A stretch of 64,000 nt of DNA, from the NCBI GenBank assembly GCA_045565695.1, contig JBJLEZ010000010.1:2001-66000 (forward strand), given 5' to 3'. This document shows, one piece after another, positions 39,146-50,458 of the stretch. How positions within the stretch are numbered: the first letter of the stretch is position 1; each line of letters starts with the position of its first letter. The notes below the pieces were generated by a model that ran no database searches, had not been told where the DNA came from, and saw nothing but the letters and a program-made list of their open reading frames with translations. The stretch comes from Coraliomargaritaceae bacterium (lineage in GTDB: Bacteria > Verrucomicrobiota > Verrucomicrobiia > Opitutales > Coraliomargaritaceae). The position numbers and the translations under genes are program-made.

Positions 39146-41023
39146 CTATGCACTAGTCTCGCTCAATCGCTGCATAATTTTATAATTTTGTTCAACTAAT
39201 TGGCTTGGGTCTTCAATTAGACCAGCCGAAACTTTGGTTGTTTCTAAAATCTGTCGTGAAAGAAGCTTTGCTAAGTCGGGGTTAGCAGTTTGCAGGTTAG
39301 CAATATTTTTAATGAGAGGGTGCTTTGGGTTAATCTCTAAATGAATACTTGTTTCTGCGTTCTGCATTTCATCCATCTTTTGCATGGCTTTGAGCATTTT
39401 TTTCATTTGAGCAGTCATCATTTTGTCACTGTTTACAATGATGGCTGGACTGTTAGTTAGGCGTGAACTCGTTGAAATTTCTTTGATTTCGGGTAGTGTT
39501 TCTTTAAGAAATTCACAGAGAGCTTTTTCGCTGTCTTCATCGAGTTTTTCCTCAGTTTCATCATGCTCAACTTTCTTGATCGCATCTAAGTCAATATCTG
39601 CTGAGTCCACAGAGACAAAGTTTTTTTCTTCGAAGCTTCTCCCGTGATTCATTACAAATTCATCTATAGGTTCAAAGAGGAATAATACCTCAATGTTTCT
39701 TGAATTAAAGGCTTCTAAATAGGGGGATTTTTCAAGTGCTTGGCGATTGGCTCCAAAGAGGAAATAAATTTCTTTTTGCTCTTCTAAAGCACGTGAGAGA
39801 TAGTCGCTTAAACTGGTAGTTTCTCCTTCTTTAGTGTAGCTTGATTCATATCGAAGGAGTTTTAATAACTGATCACGGTGAGTAAAGTCTGATGTCACAC
39901 CTTCTTTTAAAAAGACGCCAAATTTATTCCAAAAATCTGTATAGGCTTCGGGTTCTTTATTAGATTTTTCTTCAAGTTGTTTCAAATAGCGTTTGGTAAG
40001 TAATTTATTCAGCTTTTGAACTAAGGAGCTATCTTGCATAGACTCTCTTGAAATATTTAGAGGTAAATCAGAACTATCAACGACACCTCTTAAAAAGCGC
40101 AACCATTCGGGTAATAGGTTTTTGGGATCTGCCTCTATAAGAATTTTACGGCAGTACAAACTCACGCCTGGATCCATTCGACCAAAGCCGAAGCCTTCCA
40201 TGTTTTCGCTTGGTGTAAATAGTAGTGCATTGATTTCTAGTGGGGCATCGGCATTGAAGTGAAGCCAAAATTGAGGCTCATCAAAGGCTTTGGATTGGAA
40301 TTTATAGAATTCCTTATAATCGTCCTCACTTATATCTTTTTTATTTTTAAGCCATAGTGCTCCCATTGTCTTCAATGTCTCATCATTAAGCTTGATGGGA
40401 AATTGAATGAAGGCGGAGTAATTATTAATAATAGTTTCAAGGCGCTCTTTTTTTGTAAATTCCTTATAATTCTCGCTTAAATGAATGAGGATACGAGTAC
40501 CTCTCGGTTCATTCGCTTCAAGAGTTTTAATTTCATAGGAGCCTGAGCCATCACTGATCCAACTGAGTGATTCTCCATCTTCTTTCCAAGTACGAGTGAA
40601 AACCTCTACCTTATCTGCCACCATAAACACCGAATAAAAACCAACTCCAAATTGTCCGATTAGATTGTCGTTTTTTTCGCCTGATTCTTGTAATGCCTTC
40701 AAAAACGCTTTTGACCCAGAGTGGGCGATGGTGCCCAAATTTTCAACGAGCTCTTCACGAGTCATACCTACTCCAGTATCTTGGATGGTAAGAGTACCAT
40801 TTTCTTCATCGAATTGGACGTTTATTTCTAATTCTTTATCTGCCTCGTGAATGTTTTTTTCTGTGAGTTGTGTGTGTCTTAGTTTTTCTGTCGCATCAGA
40901 GGCATTCGATACTAATTCGCGAATAAATATTTCTTTATCCGTATAGAGTGAATTCACTACGATATCTAGAACTTGTTTAACTTCAGCTTGAAATTCGTGT
41001 TTTTCAGTTGTTTGTGCGGTCAT
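39146..41023 (-). CDS. htpG: Molecular chaperone HtpG (Hsp90)
   Basis: 625-aa ORF with the GHKL ATPase motifs RELVSNASDA and IGQFGVGFYSVF. Confidence 0.92.
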   Translation of the reverse strand: MTAQTTEKHEFQAEVKQVLDIVVNSLYTDKEIFIRELVSNASDATEKLRHTQLTEKNIHEADKELEINVQFDEENGTLTIQDTGVGMTREELVENLGTIAHSGSKAFLKALQESGEKNDNLIGQFGVGFYSVFMVADKVEVFTRTWKEDGESLSWISDGSGSYEIKTLEANEPRGTRILIHLSENYKEFTKKERLETIINNYSAFIQFPIKLNDETLKTMGALWLKNKKDISEDDYKEFYKFQSKAFDEPQFWLHFNADAPLEINALLFTPSENMEGFGFGRMDPGVSLYCRKILIEADPKNLLPEWLRFLRGVVDSSDLPLNISRESMQDSSLVQKLNKLLTKRYLKQLEEKSNKEPEAYTDFWNKFGVFLKEGVTSDFTHRDQLLKLLRYESSYTKEGETTSLSDYLSRALEEQKEIYFLFGANRQALEKSPYLEAFNSRNIEVLFLFEPIDEFVMNHGRSFEEKNFVSVDSADIDLDAIKKVEHDETEEKLDEDSEKALCEFLKETLPEIKEISTSSRLTNSPAIIVNSDKMMTAQMKKMLKAMQKMDEMQNAETSIHLEINPKHPLIKNIANLQTANPDLAKLLSRQILETTKVSAGLIEDPSQLVEQNYKIMQRLSETSA

Positions 41024-41227
41024 TGGTATTTTAGTAATTTTTATGAGTTAAAGAAAAAGTGAGTGTAACCCATGCTCAGTAAGGAGTGAGCATTGTTCAA
41101 AAGAATCCCAATTATTTTATCTTTAATAAAAAAAAGCAAGTTAGCTCTAAGATAATTTTAATTGGTGGATATCATTTATTCCTGATTTAAGGTTGATTTC
41201 AAGTAAAAAGTGGGTCTTTATGTCTCT

Positions 41228-42613
41228 ATGCAGGCAACCATTTTAATTGTTGATGACGAAAAGAACACTCGAGAAGGGCTTCGCTTAGCACTAGAGGATG
41301 ATTATGATGTCTACACCGCCTCGAATGCAGATGAAGCTTTTAATTTGATGGAGGTCGAGACTTTTGACCTTATTTTAACTGATTTGAGAATGGCGGGAAA
41401 ATCGGGTATGATGGTTATTGATTCCGCAATGGAACTTCCAAATAAACCCGTTTGTATCATGATGACGGCTTATGGTGATGTCGATACTGCAGTCGAAGCA
41501 ATGCGTAGAGGTGCTTTCGATTTTCACACTAAACCGGTCAATATTGAAAAACTCGAATTCATGATCAAACGAGCCATTCAGTCTAAAAATATTCAAAAAG
41601 AGAATGAAGTGCTTCATAAACGATTAGATATGCGTTACCAGTTTAGTCAAATAGTGGGTAATTCTCAAGCCATGGTTGAGGTCTTAGATCGAGTTAAATT
41701 AGTGGCACCAACCAAAGCAACCGTACTCATTGAAGGGCAGACGGGTACGGGCAAAGAATTAATTGCACAATCAATTCATCAAAACAGTGATCGCTCTCGA
41801 AAGCCCTTTATTGCAGTTCATTGTGCAGCTTTAGCGGCAAATTTATTAGAAAGTGAATTGTTTGGCCATGAGAAAGGTTCCTTTACTGGTGCTAATGAGC
41901 GGAGAATAGGGCGCTTTGAATCATCGGATGGAGGTACTCTATTTCTTGATGAAATTGGAGAAATTGATACCTCAACACAAGTAAAGCTCTTGCGCTTTTT
42001 AGAAACTCGCTCTTTCGAGCGTTTAGGCAGCTCTAAGTCGATTGAAGTCGATATTCGTCTTGTTTGTGCAACGAATAGAAATCTTTCAGAGATGGTGCAA
42101 AAGGGGGAATTTAGAGAAGATTTATATTATAGATTAAATGTCATTCGTATTCAATTGCCCTCATTAATCGAGCGCAAGGTCGATATCCCTGTGTTATTAA
42201 AACATTACAGTAATATGTTTTCTGAAGAAAATGGGTTTCCTTCATTAGAATTGTCTAAAGAAGCATTGAATATTTTGGTCGAGTATTCCTGGCCGGGTAA
42301 TATTCGTGAATTAAGAAACTTTTGTGAAAATATAATTATTTTAAAGCAAGGTCAGACCCTGATTCCAGAAGACTTGGAAGCAAAATTTTTTAATTCAGAA
42401 ACCTCTGATCAAGCAGAGTCAGAAGCGTTTAGTAGCAATAGATTATCCAATGTTAATTTCAGTTTAGACATGAATGAGAAGCAATTATTGCGAAATGCCT
42501 TACTGAAATGTGGTGGCAATCGAACTAAGGCTGCTCAGCTAATGGGCATCAGTCGTAGAACACTGCATCGTAAACTTTTGAAATGGCCTGAACTTGATCC
42601 AGATTTTTCGTAA
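41228..42613 (+). CDS. Sigma-54-dependent response regulator (NtrC family), no adjacent sensor kinase
   Basis: The track start is GTG 41210; the ATG at 41228 gives MQATILIVDDEK. It has a receiver domain (DLILTDLRM), an AAA+ domain with GQTGTGKE, GSFTGA and ESELFGHEKG, and a C-terminal Fis-type HTH. Confidence 0.88.
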   Translation: MQATILIVDDEKNTREGLRLALEDDYDVYTASNADEAFNLMEVETFDLILTDLRMAGKSGMMVIDSAMELPNKPVCIMMTAYGDVDTAVEAMRRGAFDFHTKPVNIEKLEFMIKRAIQSKNIQKENEVLHKRLDMRYQFSQIVGNSQAMVEVLDRVKLVAPTKATVLIEGQTGTGKELIAQSIHQNSDRSRKPFIAVHCAALAANLLESELFGHEKGSFTGANERRIGRFESSDGGTLFLDEIGEIDTSTQVKLLRFLETRSFERLGSSKSIEVDIRLVCATNRNLSEMVQKGEFREDLYYRLNVIRIQLPSLIERKVDIPVLLKHYSNMFSEENGFPSLELSKEALNILVEYSWPGNIRELRNFCENIIILKQGQTLIPEDLEAKFFNSETSDQAESEAFSSNRLSNVNFSLDMNEKQLLRNALLKCGGNRTKAAQLMGISRRTLHRKLLKWPELDPDFS

Positions 42614-42657
42614 AAATATTATCTTGTAACTGAGACTACTTTAAATAATTTTGATTT

Positions 42658-43575
42658 ATGCGTTTTTTAATCTTTATAAAGGTTCTATGTGCTTTCTTTT
42701 TTGCCTACTTTGTCGCCTCTGCTCAAGAGACTCGTATGGCATATTCGGATCTAATCCCTAATGATTTTCAGAAATTTTTATACAATGATACGATATCATT
42801 AGAGAAAGACTCAAATGCTGAAATTACTATTTTATCTGCTTATAAGTCAGGTAGTTTACCGATGATCGAAGATTTTTTATCCGATCGTTTGGATATTTGT
42901 GTTCTAGCCTTACCCGAAGGTAGTGATTTCCCTCTTTTAGATGATGATAAAATAGTTAAAATTCCCTTTGGCTACAAATCTTCAGTAGTGGTTGTTAATG
43001 AAGAAAATCCGATATCAGAAATTACGGTTGATCAATTAGCTACCATTTTTAGTTCCTCTAGTAAGACTTCCAATTTACTTAGTTGGAGAGATCTCGGGTT
43101 GTCTTCATTTTCAACTAATTCCATTAAAGCCTATGCGGTTAAAGAAAATAATGGGATTTCTGCAGATTTATTTCGCTTTAGTGTGCTCAGCGAAAAATTT
43201 TTTAATTCAACAGTCACTTTTGACGTAGAGGACAATGTAAAGCGTTTGATTATTCAAGATAAAGCAGCAGTCGGAGTATTTCCCAATATACCTGAAAATT
43301 CTAATTTAAAAGTTTTATTCGTGGCCCAAGATGATGAATCTATTGCTTATGGCCCTAGTATTGAGAATTTATATTATTCTGACTATTTCATTCGCTTACC
43401 TTTTTATATTGTCTACAAATTAAGAGATTCAGACAGACTATCTCCTCTCATAAGCACCTTGCTCAGTGACTCAGTTGCAGATATTTTAGATAATAATGAT
43501 TTCTTCCCTTTACCTAAGGTAATCAGAGAAAAATTAATCATCGATATCCAACTATATTTGCAGGAAAACGAATAA
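42658..43575 (+). CDS. Secreted PstS-like substrate-binding-domain protein (function unknown)
   Basis: 305-aa ORF with a signal peptide. The motif ITVDQLATIFSSS...LSWRDLG resembles the PBP-like (PstS family) consensus. No ABC permease or ATPase lies nearby. Confidence 0.45.
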   Translation: MRFLIFIKVLCAFFFAYFVASAQETRMAYSDLIPNDFQKFLYNDTISLEKDSNAEITILSAYKSGSLPMIEDFLSDRLDICVLALPEGSDFPLLDDDKIVKIPFGYKSSVVVVNEENPISEITVDQLATIFSSSSKTSNLLSWRDLGLSSFSTNSIKAYAVKENNGISADLFRFSVLSEKFFNSTVTFDVEDNVKRLIIQDKAAVGVFPNIPENSNLKVLFVAQDDESIAYGPSIENLYYSDYFIRLPFYIVYKLRDSDRLSPLISTLLSDSVADILDNNDFFPLPKVIREKLIIDIQLYLQENE

Positions 43576-43644
43576 TAAAGTTTTTAAAATTCCCATTGAC
43601 ACTTAGACAGGGATTTTCTTATTTCTTAATTTTATCAATTTATT

Positions 43645-43725
<81 letters not shown>

Positions 43726-43755
43726 AGCCCTTAGCACTGACTAAGGGCTTTTTTG
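43726..43755 (+). terminator. Rho-independent terminator after tRNA-Gly
   Basis: Stem agcccttag (43726-43734) pairs with ctaagggct (43741-43749) around loop cactga, followed by a T6 run. Confidence 0.8.
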
Positions 43756-43805
43756 TCTCTTGTTTAAGTACTGCCACTCGGGTGAAATGAGTTCTTTAAG
43801 AATAT

Positions 43806-43821
43806 TGGCACGCCAAATGCT
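43806..43821 (+). promoter_or_regulatory. Sigma-54 (-24/-12) promoter for amt-glnK
   Basis: TGGCACgccaaaTGCT compares with the consensus TGGCAC-N5-TTGCW, with correct GG/GC spacing. It lies 47 nt upstream of the amt ATG, and an NtrC-type activator is encoded 1.2 kb upstream. Confidence 0.65.
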
Positions 43822-43867
43822 TAATCTGACTAGTTCACACTGAACAATTAACTAAACAATAATAATT

Positions 43868-45609
<1,742 letters not shown>

Positions 45610-45653
45610 TAACTTAGGTTACACATAATTACTTAGTTAAAGGTAAACATACT

Positions 45654-45691
45654 AGACGGTCTCTTTTCCATATTAGAGACCGTCTTTTTTT
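45654..45691 (+). terminator. Rho-independent terminator after glnK copy 1
   Basis: Perfect 10-bp stem agacggtctc (45654-45663) pairs with gagaccgtct (45676-45685), followed by a T7 run. Confidence 0.8.
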
Positions 45692-45734
45692 GTGTAAATT
45701 TGTCAGGTATTAAAAAACTTGTCAAAAAAGCATC

Positions 45735-47042
45735 ATGAATTGTGATAGGCTTATGTTTACCAACTTAACTAAATTAACCTTATTGGTTTTTTTAGCTCTT
45801 CCAGCTGTGCTATTTGCATCCGATGGATCAGCTATCAACTCAGGCGATACCGCGTGGATTATCACTGCAACCGCTTTAGTTTTATTCATGACCCTTCCAG
45901 GGCTTGCCTTATTTTATGGTGGCTTAGTGCGTTCTAAAAACTATTTATCAGTTTTAATGCACAATGTGGCTATTGCTTGTTTGGCATCTATTCTCTGGGT
46001 TATCTGTCTATACAGTATCGCTTTCTCTGAAGGAAATGCCTTCTTTGGAGACCTTTCAAAAGCGTTTTTAAGTGGAATCAATCAAGATTCTGTAAGTGGA
46101 ACCATCCCAGAGTTGCTCTTTGTCGGATTCCAAATGACATTTGCCATCATCACGCCCGCTTTGATTATCGGAGCTTTTGTTGAACGGATGAAGTTTACTG
46201 CAGTACTCTTGTTCACAGGGCTATGGCTCTTTTTAGTCTATGCTCCCGTGACGCATTGGGTTTGGGGCGGCGGTTGGTTATCCGGCATGGGAGTGATTGA
46301 CTTTGCTGGTGGTTTAGTCGTGCATGCTACTGCGGGTATTTCTGCTTTGATTTTAGCTAAAGTATTGATGCCAAGAAAAGGGTTTCCTGATCGTTTGTCT
46401 GTGCCACATCAGCCGGGTCTTGTCATGATAGGAGCTTCCATGCTTTGGGTAGGATGGTTTGGATTCAATGCGGGAAGTCAATTAGCGGCTGACGGTCAAG
46501 CGGCCATGTCTTTACTAGTTACTCATATTTCTGCATCGGTTGCTAGTTTAACCTGGATGCTTATTGAGTGGAAAAAGAACGGCAAACCTGGTTTAGTTGG
46601 AATTGTAACTGGAACCATTGCTGGACTTGCGACCATCACCCCTGCATCAGGAAGCGTTGGCCCGATTGGAGCTATCATTATTGGTTTCTCAGCCGGAGTT
46701 ATTTGTTACTTCATGTGCGGTGTTATCAAAGGTGCTTTAAAAATAGACGATTCTCTAGACGTATTTGCCGTGCACGGAGTGGGTGGCATCCTTGGTACTC
46801 TACTGGTTGCTTTTTTAGCAGCTGACGCATTCGGCGGTAATGGAGGTGTTGATTTTGACGCACTAGCACAATTAAAAATACAAGCTATTGGTGTCGTAAC
46901 TGTAGTTGCTTGGTCTGCTATTGCTACAATCATCATCATTGCTATTTGTAAAGCAGTGACAGGTTTGAGAGTCAGAGAAGACGCTGAAATCCTTGGTCTC
47001 GACGAGGCTGAACATGGGGAAAACGCTTATAATTTGGACTAA
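45735..47042 (+). CDS. amt: Ammonium transporter (AmtB-like), copy 2
   Basis: 435-aa ORF with a signal peptide. Signatures are IDFAGGLVVHATAG and DDSLDVFAVHGVGGILG. Confidence 0.92.
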   Translation: MNCDRLMFTNLTKLTLLVFLALPAVLFASDGSAINSGDTAWIITATALVLFMTLPGLALFYGGLVRSKNYLSVLMHNVAIACLASILWVICLYSIAFSEGNAFFGDLSKAFLSGINQDSVSGTIPELLFVGFQMTFAIITPALIIGAFVERMKFTAVLLFTGLWLFLVYAPVTHWVWGGGWLSGMGVIDFAGGLVVHATAGISALILAKVLMPRKGFPDRLSVPHQPGLVMIGASMLWVGWFGFNAGSQLAADGQAAMSLLVTHISASVASLTWMLIEWKKNGKPGLVGIVTGTIAGLATITPASGSVGPIGAIIIGFSAGVICYFMCGVIKGALKIDDSLDVFAVHGVGGILGTLLVAFLAADAFGGNGGVDFDALAQLKIQAIGVVTVVAWSAIATIIIIAICKAVTGLRVREDAEILGLDEAEHGENAYNLD

Positions 47043-47068
47043 TATCTAAACTTGTCACCTATACTTAA

Positions 47069-47425
<357 letters not shown>

Positions 47426-47453
47426 ATCTTACTCTTTAAGATACGCTTTATCC

Positions 47454-47491
47454 AATCGCTTATTGACTCAGTTCAATAAGCGATTTTTTTT
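47454..47491 (+). terminator. Rho-independent terminator after glnK copy 2
   Basis: Perfect 13-bp stem aatcgcttattga (47454-47466) pairs with tcaataagcgatt (47473-47485), followed by a T8 run. Confidence 0.8.
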
Positions 47492-47527
47492 AAGTTAAGT
47501 TTCCTGTTAAATTCTATTCTAAAATTT

Positions 47528-48599
47528 ATGTCCGTACCAAAATTTCTTAATGAACTCCTTGATGCCCGTTCACCGACTGGCTGTGAGTATGAAGCCCAAG
47601 CTGTTGTTGATAATTGGATTGAGCCTATTGCCGATGATTATCGAAAAGACATCATGGGTAATCGCTTTGCTACTATAAATCCAAATGGCGATCCAAGTGT
47701 TCTTTTTGCCGGACACATTGACGAACTCGGACTTCTTATTACTTATATCGACGACAAAGGCTTTCTATACTTTGAGACTCTTGGTGGTCATGATCTCAGT
47801 ATTATTTCAGGAAGACGAATTGCTATACTCACGGAAAAAGGTGTGGTCAAAGGTGTCACTGGCAAACGGGCCATACACTTAATGAGTGCAGAAGACCGTA
47901 AAAAAGTCCCACAGACTCATGAAATATGGATCGATATAGGCGTAAAGAGCAAAGCTGAAGCAGAAGCCTTGGTTTCGATAGGGGATGCAGGTGTTTACGA
48001 TCAAAGCTTTGAGCTGATAAACGGTACGGTTGGAGTGGCACGAGCTTTTGATGACAAGGCAGGAGCGTACGCTATACTAGAAGCTACACGTCGACTTTCT
48101 GAAGAACGCAAAAAAAATGCAGATTCGCTTCAGTGCAAAAGTTATTGGTGTGGCCACCACCCAAGAAGAGATCGGCACACGAGGAGCTATTACTGCAGCA
48201 TTTTCTGAAAATCCAGATTTTGCTATCGCAGTTGATGTCGGACACGCCACCGATTCACCGAATTGTGATAATCGAAAGTACGGAAAATTTGTTCAAGGGG
48301 GCGGACCAATTATTTGCAAAGGCCCTAACATCAATCCCATTGTTTTTAAAAAGCTTAAAGCCCTAGCCGAGGCAAAAGGCATTCCACATCAAATTGAAGC
48401 AGATGCTCGACCTACAGGTACGGATGCACGTGTAATACAAGTCGCTCAATCAGGTATTGCCACCGGACTGCTTTCCATACCACTACGTTATATGCACACA
48501 CCTAGTGAAATGGTCGACCTTGAAGACATCGAGAATACAGTGAAACTCCTAGTGGCCTTAGCCCAGTCCCTCAAAGCAGGGGACAATGGCATTTGGTAA
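47528..48599 (+). pseudogene. M42-family peptidase (FrvX/YsdC-like) split by a frameshift in an A8 run
   Basis: ORF 47528..48208 (FAGHIDELGL, RAFDDKAG) and ORF 48117..48599 (TTQEEIGTRGA, DVGHATD) overlap in different frames. Removing one A from the run at 48110-48117 gives the continuous reading ...LSEERKKMQIRFSAKVIGVATTQEEIG. Confidence 0.75.
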
Positions 48600-49069
48600 A
48601 GTATCAGGAACAGGTATGCTTAAAAGCACTTAAGCTAGCGTATCGGTATAATTCACTTGTAAAATCAGAGGCAGCGAAAGTTGTCTCTTGTTCGTTTTGA
48701 ATCTGTTTAAAGATTTTCTTAAGGTGTACGGTTAAATTTGGAATAAATAATCTCGCCCATAGCTCTTATTCTTAAAGTCATTGCGAACCCTGATTCTGCC
48801 CTTCAATTTCTTAATTCATTGTTCATGAGAATGATCACACTGAATGTGTCAGAGTTTTTAATTAAAGTGAGTTTTCAATAGCTATGAATTCTTCAATTAA
48901 AGAAAATGAAGATTCATCGAATAACATTCAAAGTCCATTAAACGCTTAGTATTTTTTATCTATAACAGCATGACTTCTTTAAATTTAGATTCGGTCAGAA
49001 AAACATTGCTAATATCGGGTTTTAAAACTAAATTTCCATTCCTTAAAATTAAATAAACTTATTTAAATT

Positions 49070-49465
49070 ATGAAATATATCTTACCTATTACCTTACTCT
49101 TTGCGGTGAGCTTTGTTTACGGAGCGAAGCCAGAGAAAGAATTACCGGAATCAAGTTGTGCTGAGCGTGCGACTGAGGTGCTTAAAAATAATCCTGATTC
49201 GATAGTGATTCACATCAAGGGTTTGATTTGTGGGTCTTGTGGTGTGGGAGTGAATTTTTCTTTGAAGAAGTTGGATTTTGTCGATCGCACTCGTTTTACT
49301 AATGGGGTTCTCTTGGATGCGAAGAATCAATTTGCGGTGGTGGCTTTAAAAGAGGGACATCGTCCAAAACGTGAATCAATTATGCAGGCTGCTGAGAGTG
49401 CGGGCTATGAAGCGATGGATTATTATATGATGGAGGGTGATGTGGTGCGGAAGGTGAAGCTGTAA
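49070..49465 (+). CDS. Secreted heavy-metal-associated (HMA)-like domain protein
   Basis: 131-aa ORF with a signal peptide and the motif GLICGSCGVGV (CxxC in the HMA position). Confidence 0.5.
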   Translation: MKYILPITLLFAVSFVYGAKPEKELPESSCAERATEVLKNNPDSIVIHIKGLICGSCGVGVNFSLKKLDFVDRTRFTNGVLLDAKNQFAVVALKEGHRPKRESIMQAAESAGYEAMDYYMMEGDVVRKVKL

Positions 49466-49517
49466 TTGCTATAATTGAATTAAGCCTTATTTGAATAATT
49501 AGAATTCTAAGTATCTA

Positions 49518-50354
49518 TTGAATCTTTTGAATATTATTTTGAAGTCTTTATTATTATGGATGGTCTTGATTGGCGTATGGGTCTCCACACTTTTGGGGGA
49601 TCAACCGATTATGAACATGATGCCTCGTTGGGATGGAGGTTATGGTTTTCAAGTCTTGTACGATTCGATTCATCGGGGACAATTATTTGAGGGGGATAGG
49701 GTCTTGGACTCGAATCGTTCGGAGGACATTCGCCTGCTGCATTTACAGGGTGTCTATACTTGGGATCGCTCGATTCGGATGACCGTGAAGATTCCCTATG
49801 CCTTAGAAGCGGAGCGGGAGAATTTGGATGGCTCTGTGGATCGCTATGAGGGACTAGGCGATGTGACTTTCGCTTTGCCTCTCAAGCAGTATTTTAATTT
49901 GGATGGGCGTTCGGGAAGCTGGACGTTGACGCCTCAGTTGGTGGTGCCGATGAGTTCGTACAAGGAGAATGGGGGCGATGCCTACGATGTCTTTTCTCGC
50001 CGATGGGGGAGTGGGCTTTTTGCTGGGTATGAGACAGAGACTTTTCGTTGGTTTTTCGCAGTGGGAGCTTCCTATTGGGTTTATGAAAAGGATAAACCAG
50101 AGGTCTTTAAGGCCAACTTAGATATGGGTGTAAACCCAACGGATGCCACGCAAGTCTTATTGGAGATCGACTATCGTTCAGAGGACGATGGGGCAGGCGC
50201 TTGGACGTTAGGGCCGTCTTTTTATTATCGGCAGAATTTACAGACGCATTGGCGAATCGAATTAAAAAAAGATTACCATGAGTCAGTGGGGCGTGGTCGT
50301 ATCGATTATGCGAGTGAAACAAAGTTGAGCGTGGGTGTGGGCTTTGTCTTTTAG
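49518..50354 (+). CDS. Putative outer-membrane beta-barrel protein
   Basis: 278-aa ORF with a TTG start (alternative ATG at 49558) and a signal peptide. It shows an alternating beta-strand pattern and ends ...LSVGVGFVF, with a C-terminal Phe. Family not identified. Confidence 0.45.
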   Translation: MNLLNIILKSLLLWMVLIGVWVSTLLGDQPIMNMMPRWDGGYGFQVLYDSIHRGQLFEGDRVLDSNRSEDIRLLHLQGVYTWDRSIRMTVKIPYALEAERENLDGSVDRYEGLGDVTFALPLKQYFNLDGRSGSWTLTPQLVVPMSSYKENGGDAYDVFSRRWGSGLFAGYETETFRWFFAVGASYWVYEKDKPEVFKANLDMGVNPTDATQVLLEIDYRSEDDGAGAWTLGPSFYYRQNLQTHWRIELKKDYHESVGRGRIDYASETKLSVGVGFVF

Positions 50355-50458
50355 AAAGTTGATCAGAGCAGGCGGACTGAGCCGTATAGTGAGGGGAATA
50401 ATCTTTGACACTTTTTTGAAATTGGGATTTGGTTTTAGAATTTACATAATTTTGCACT

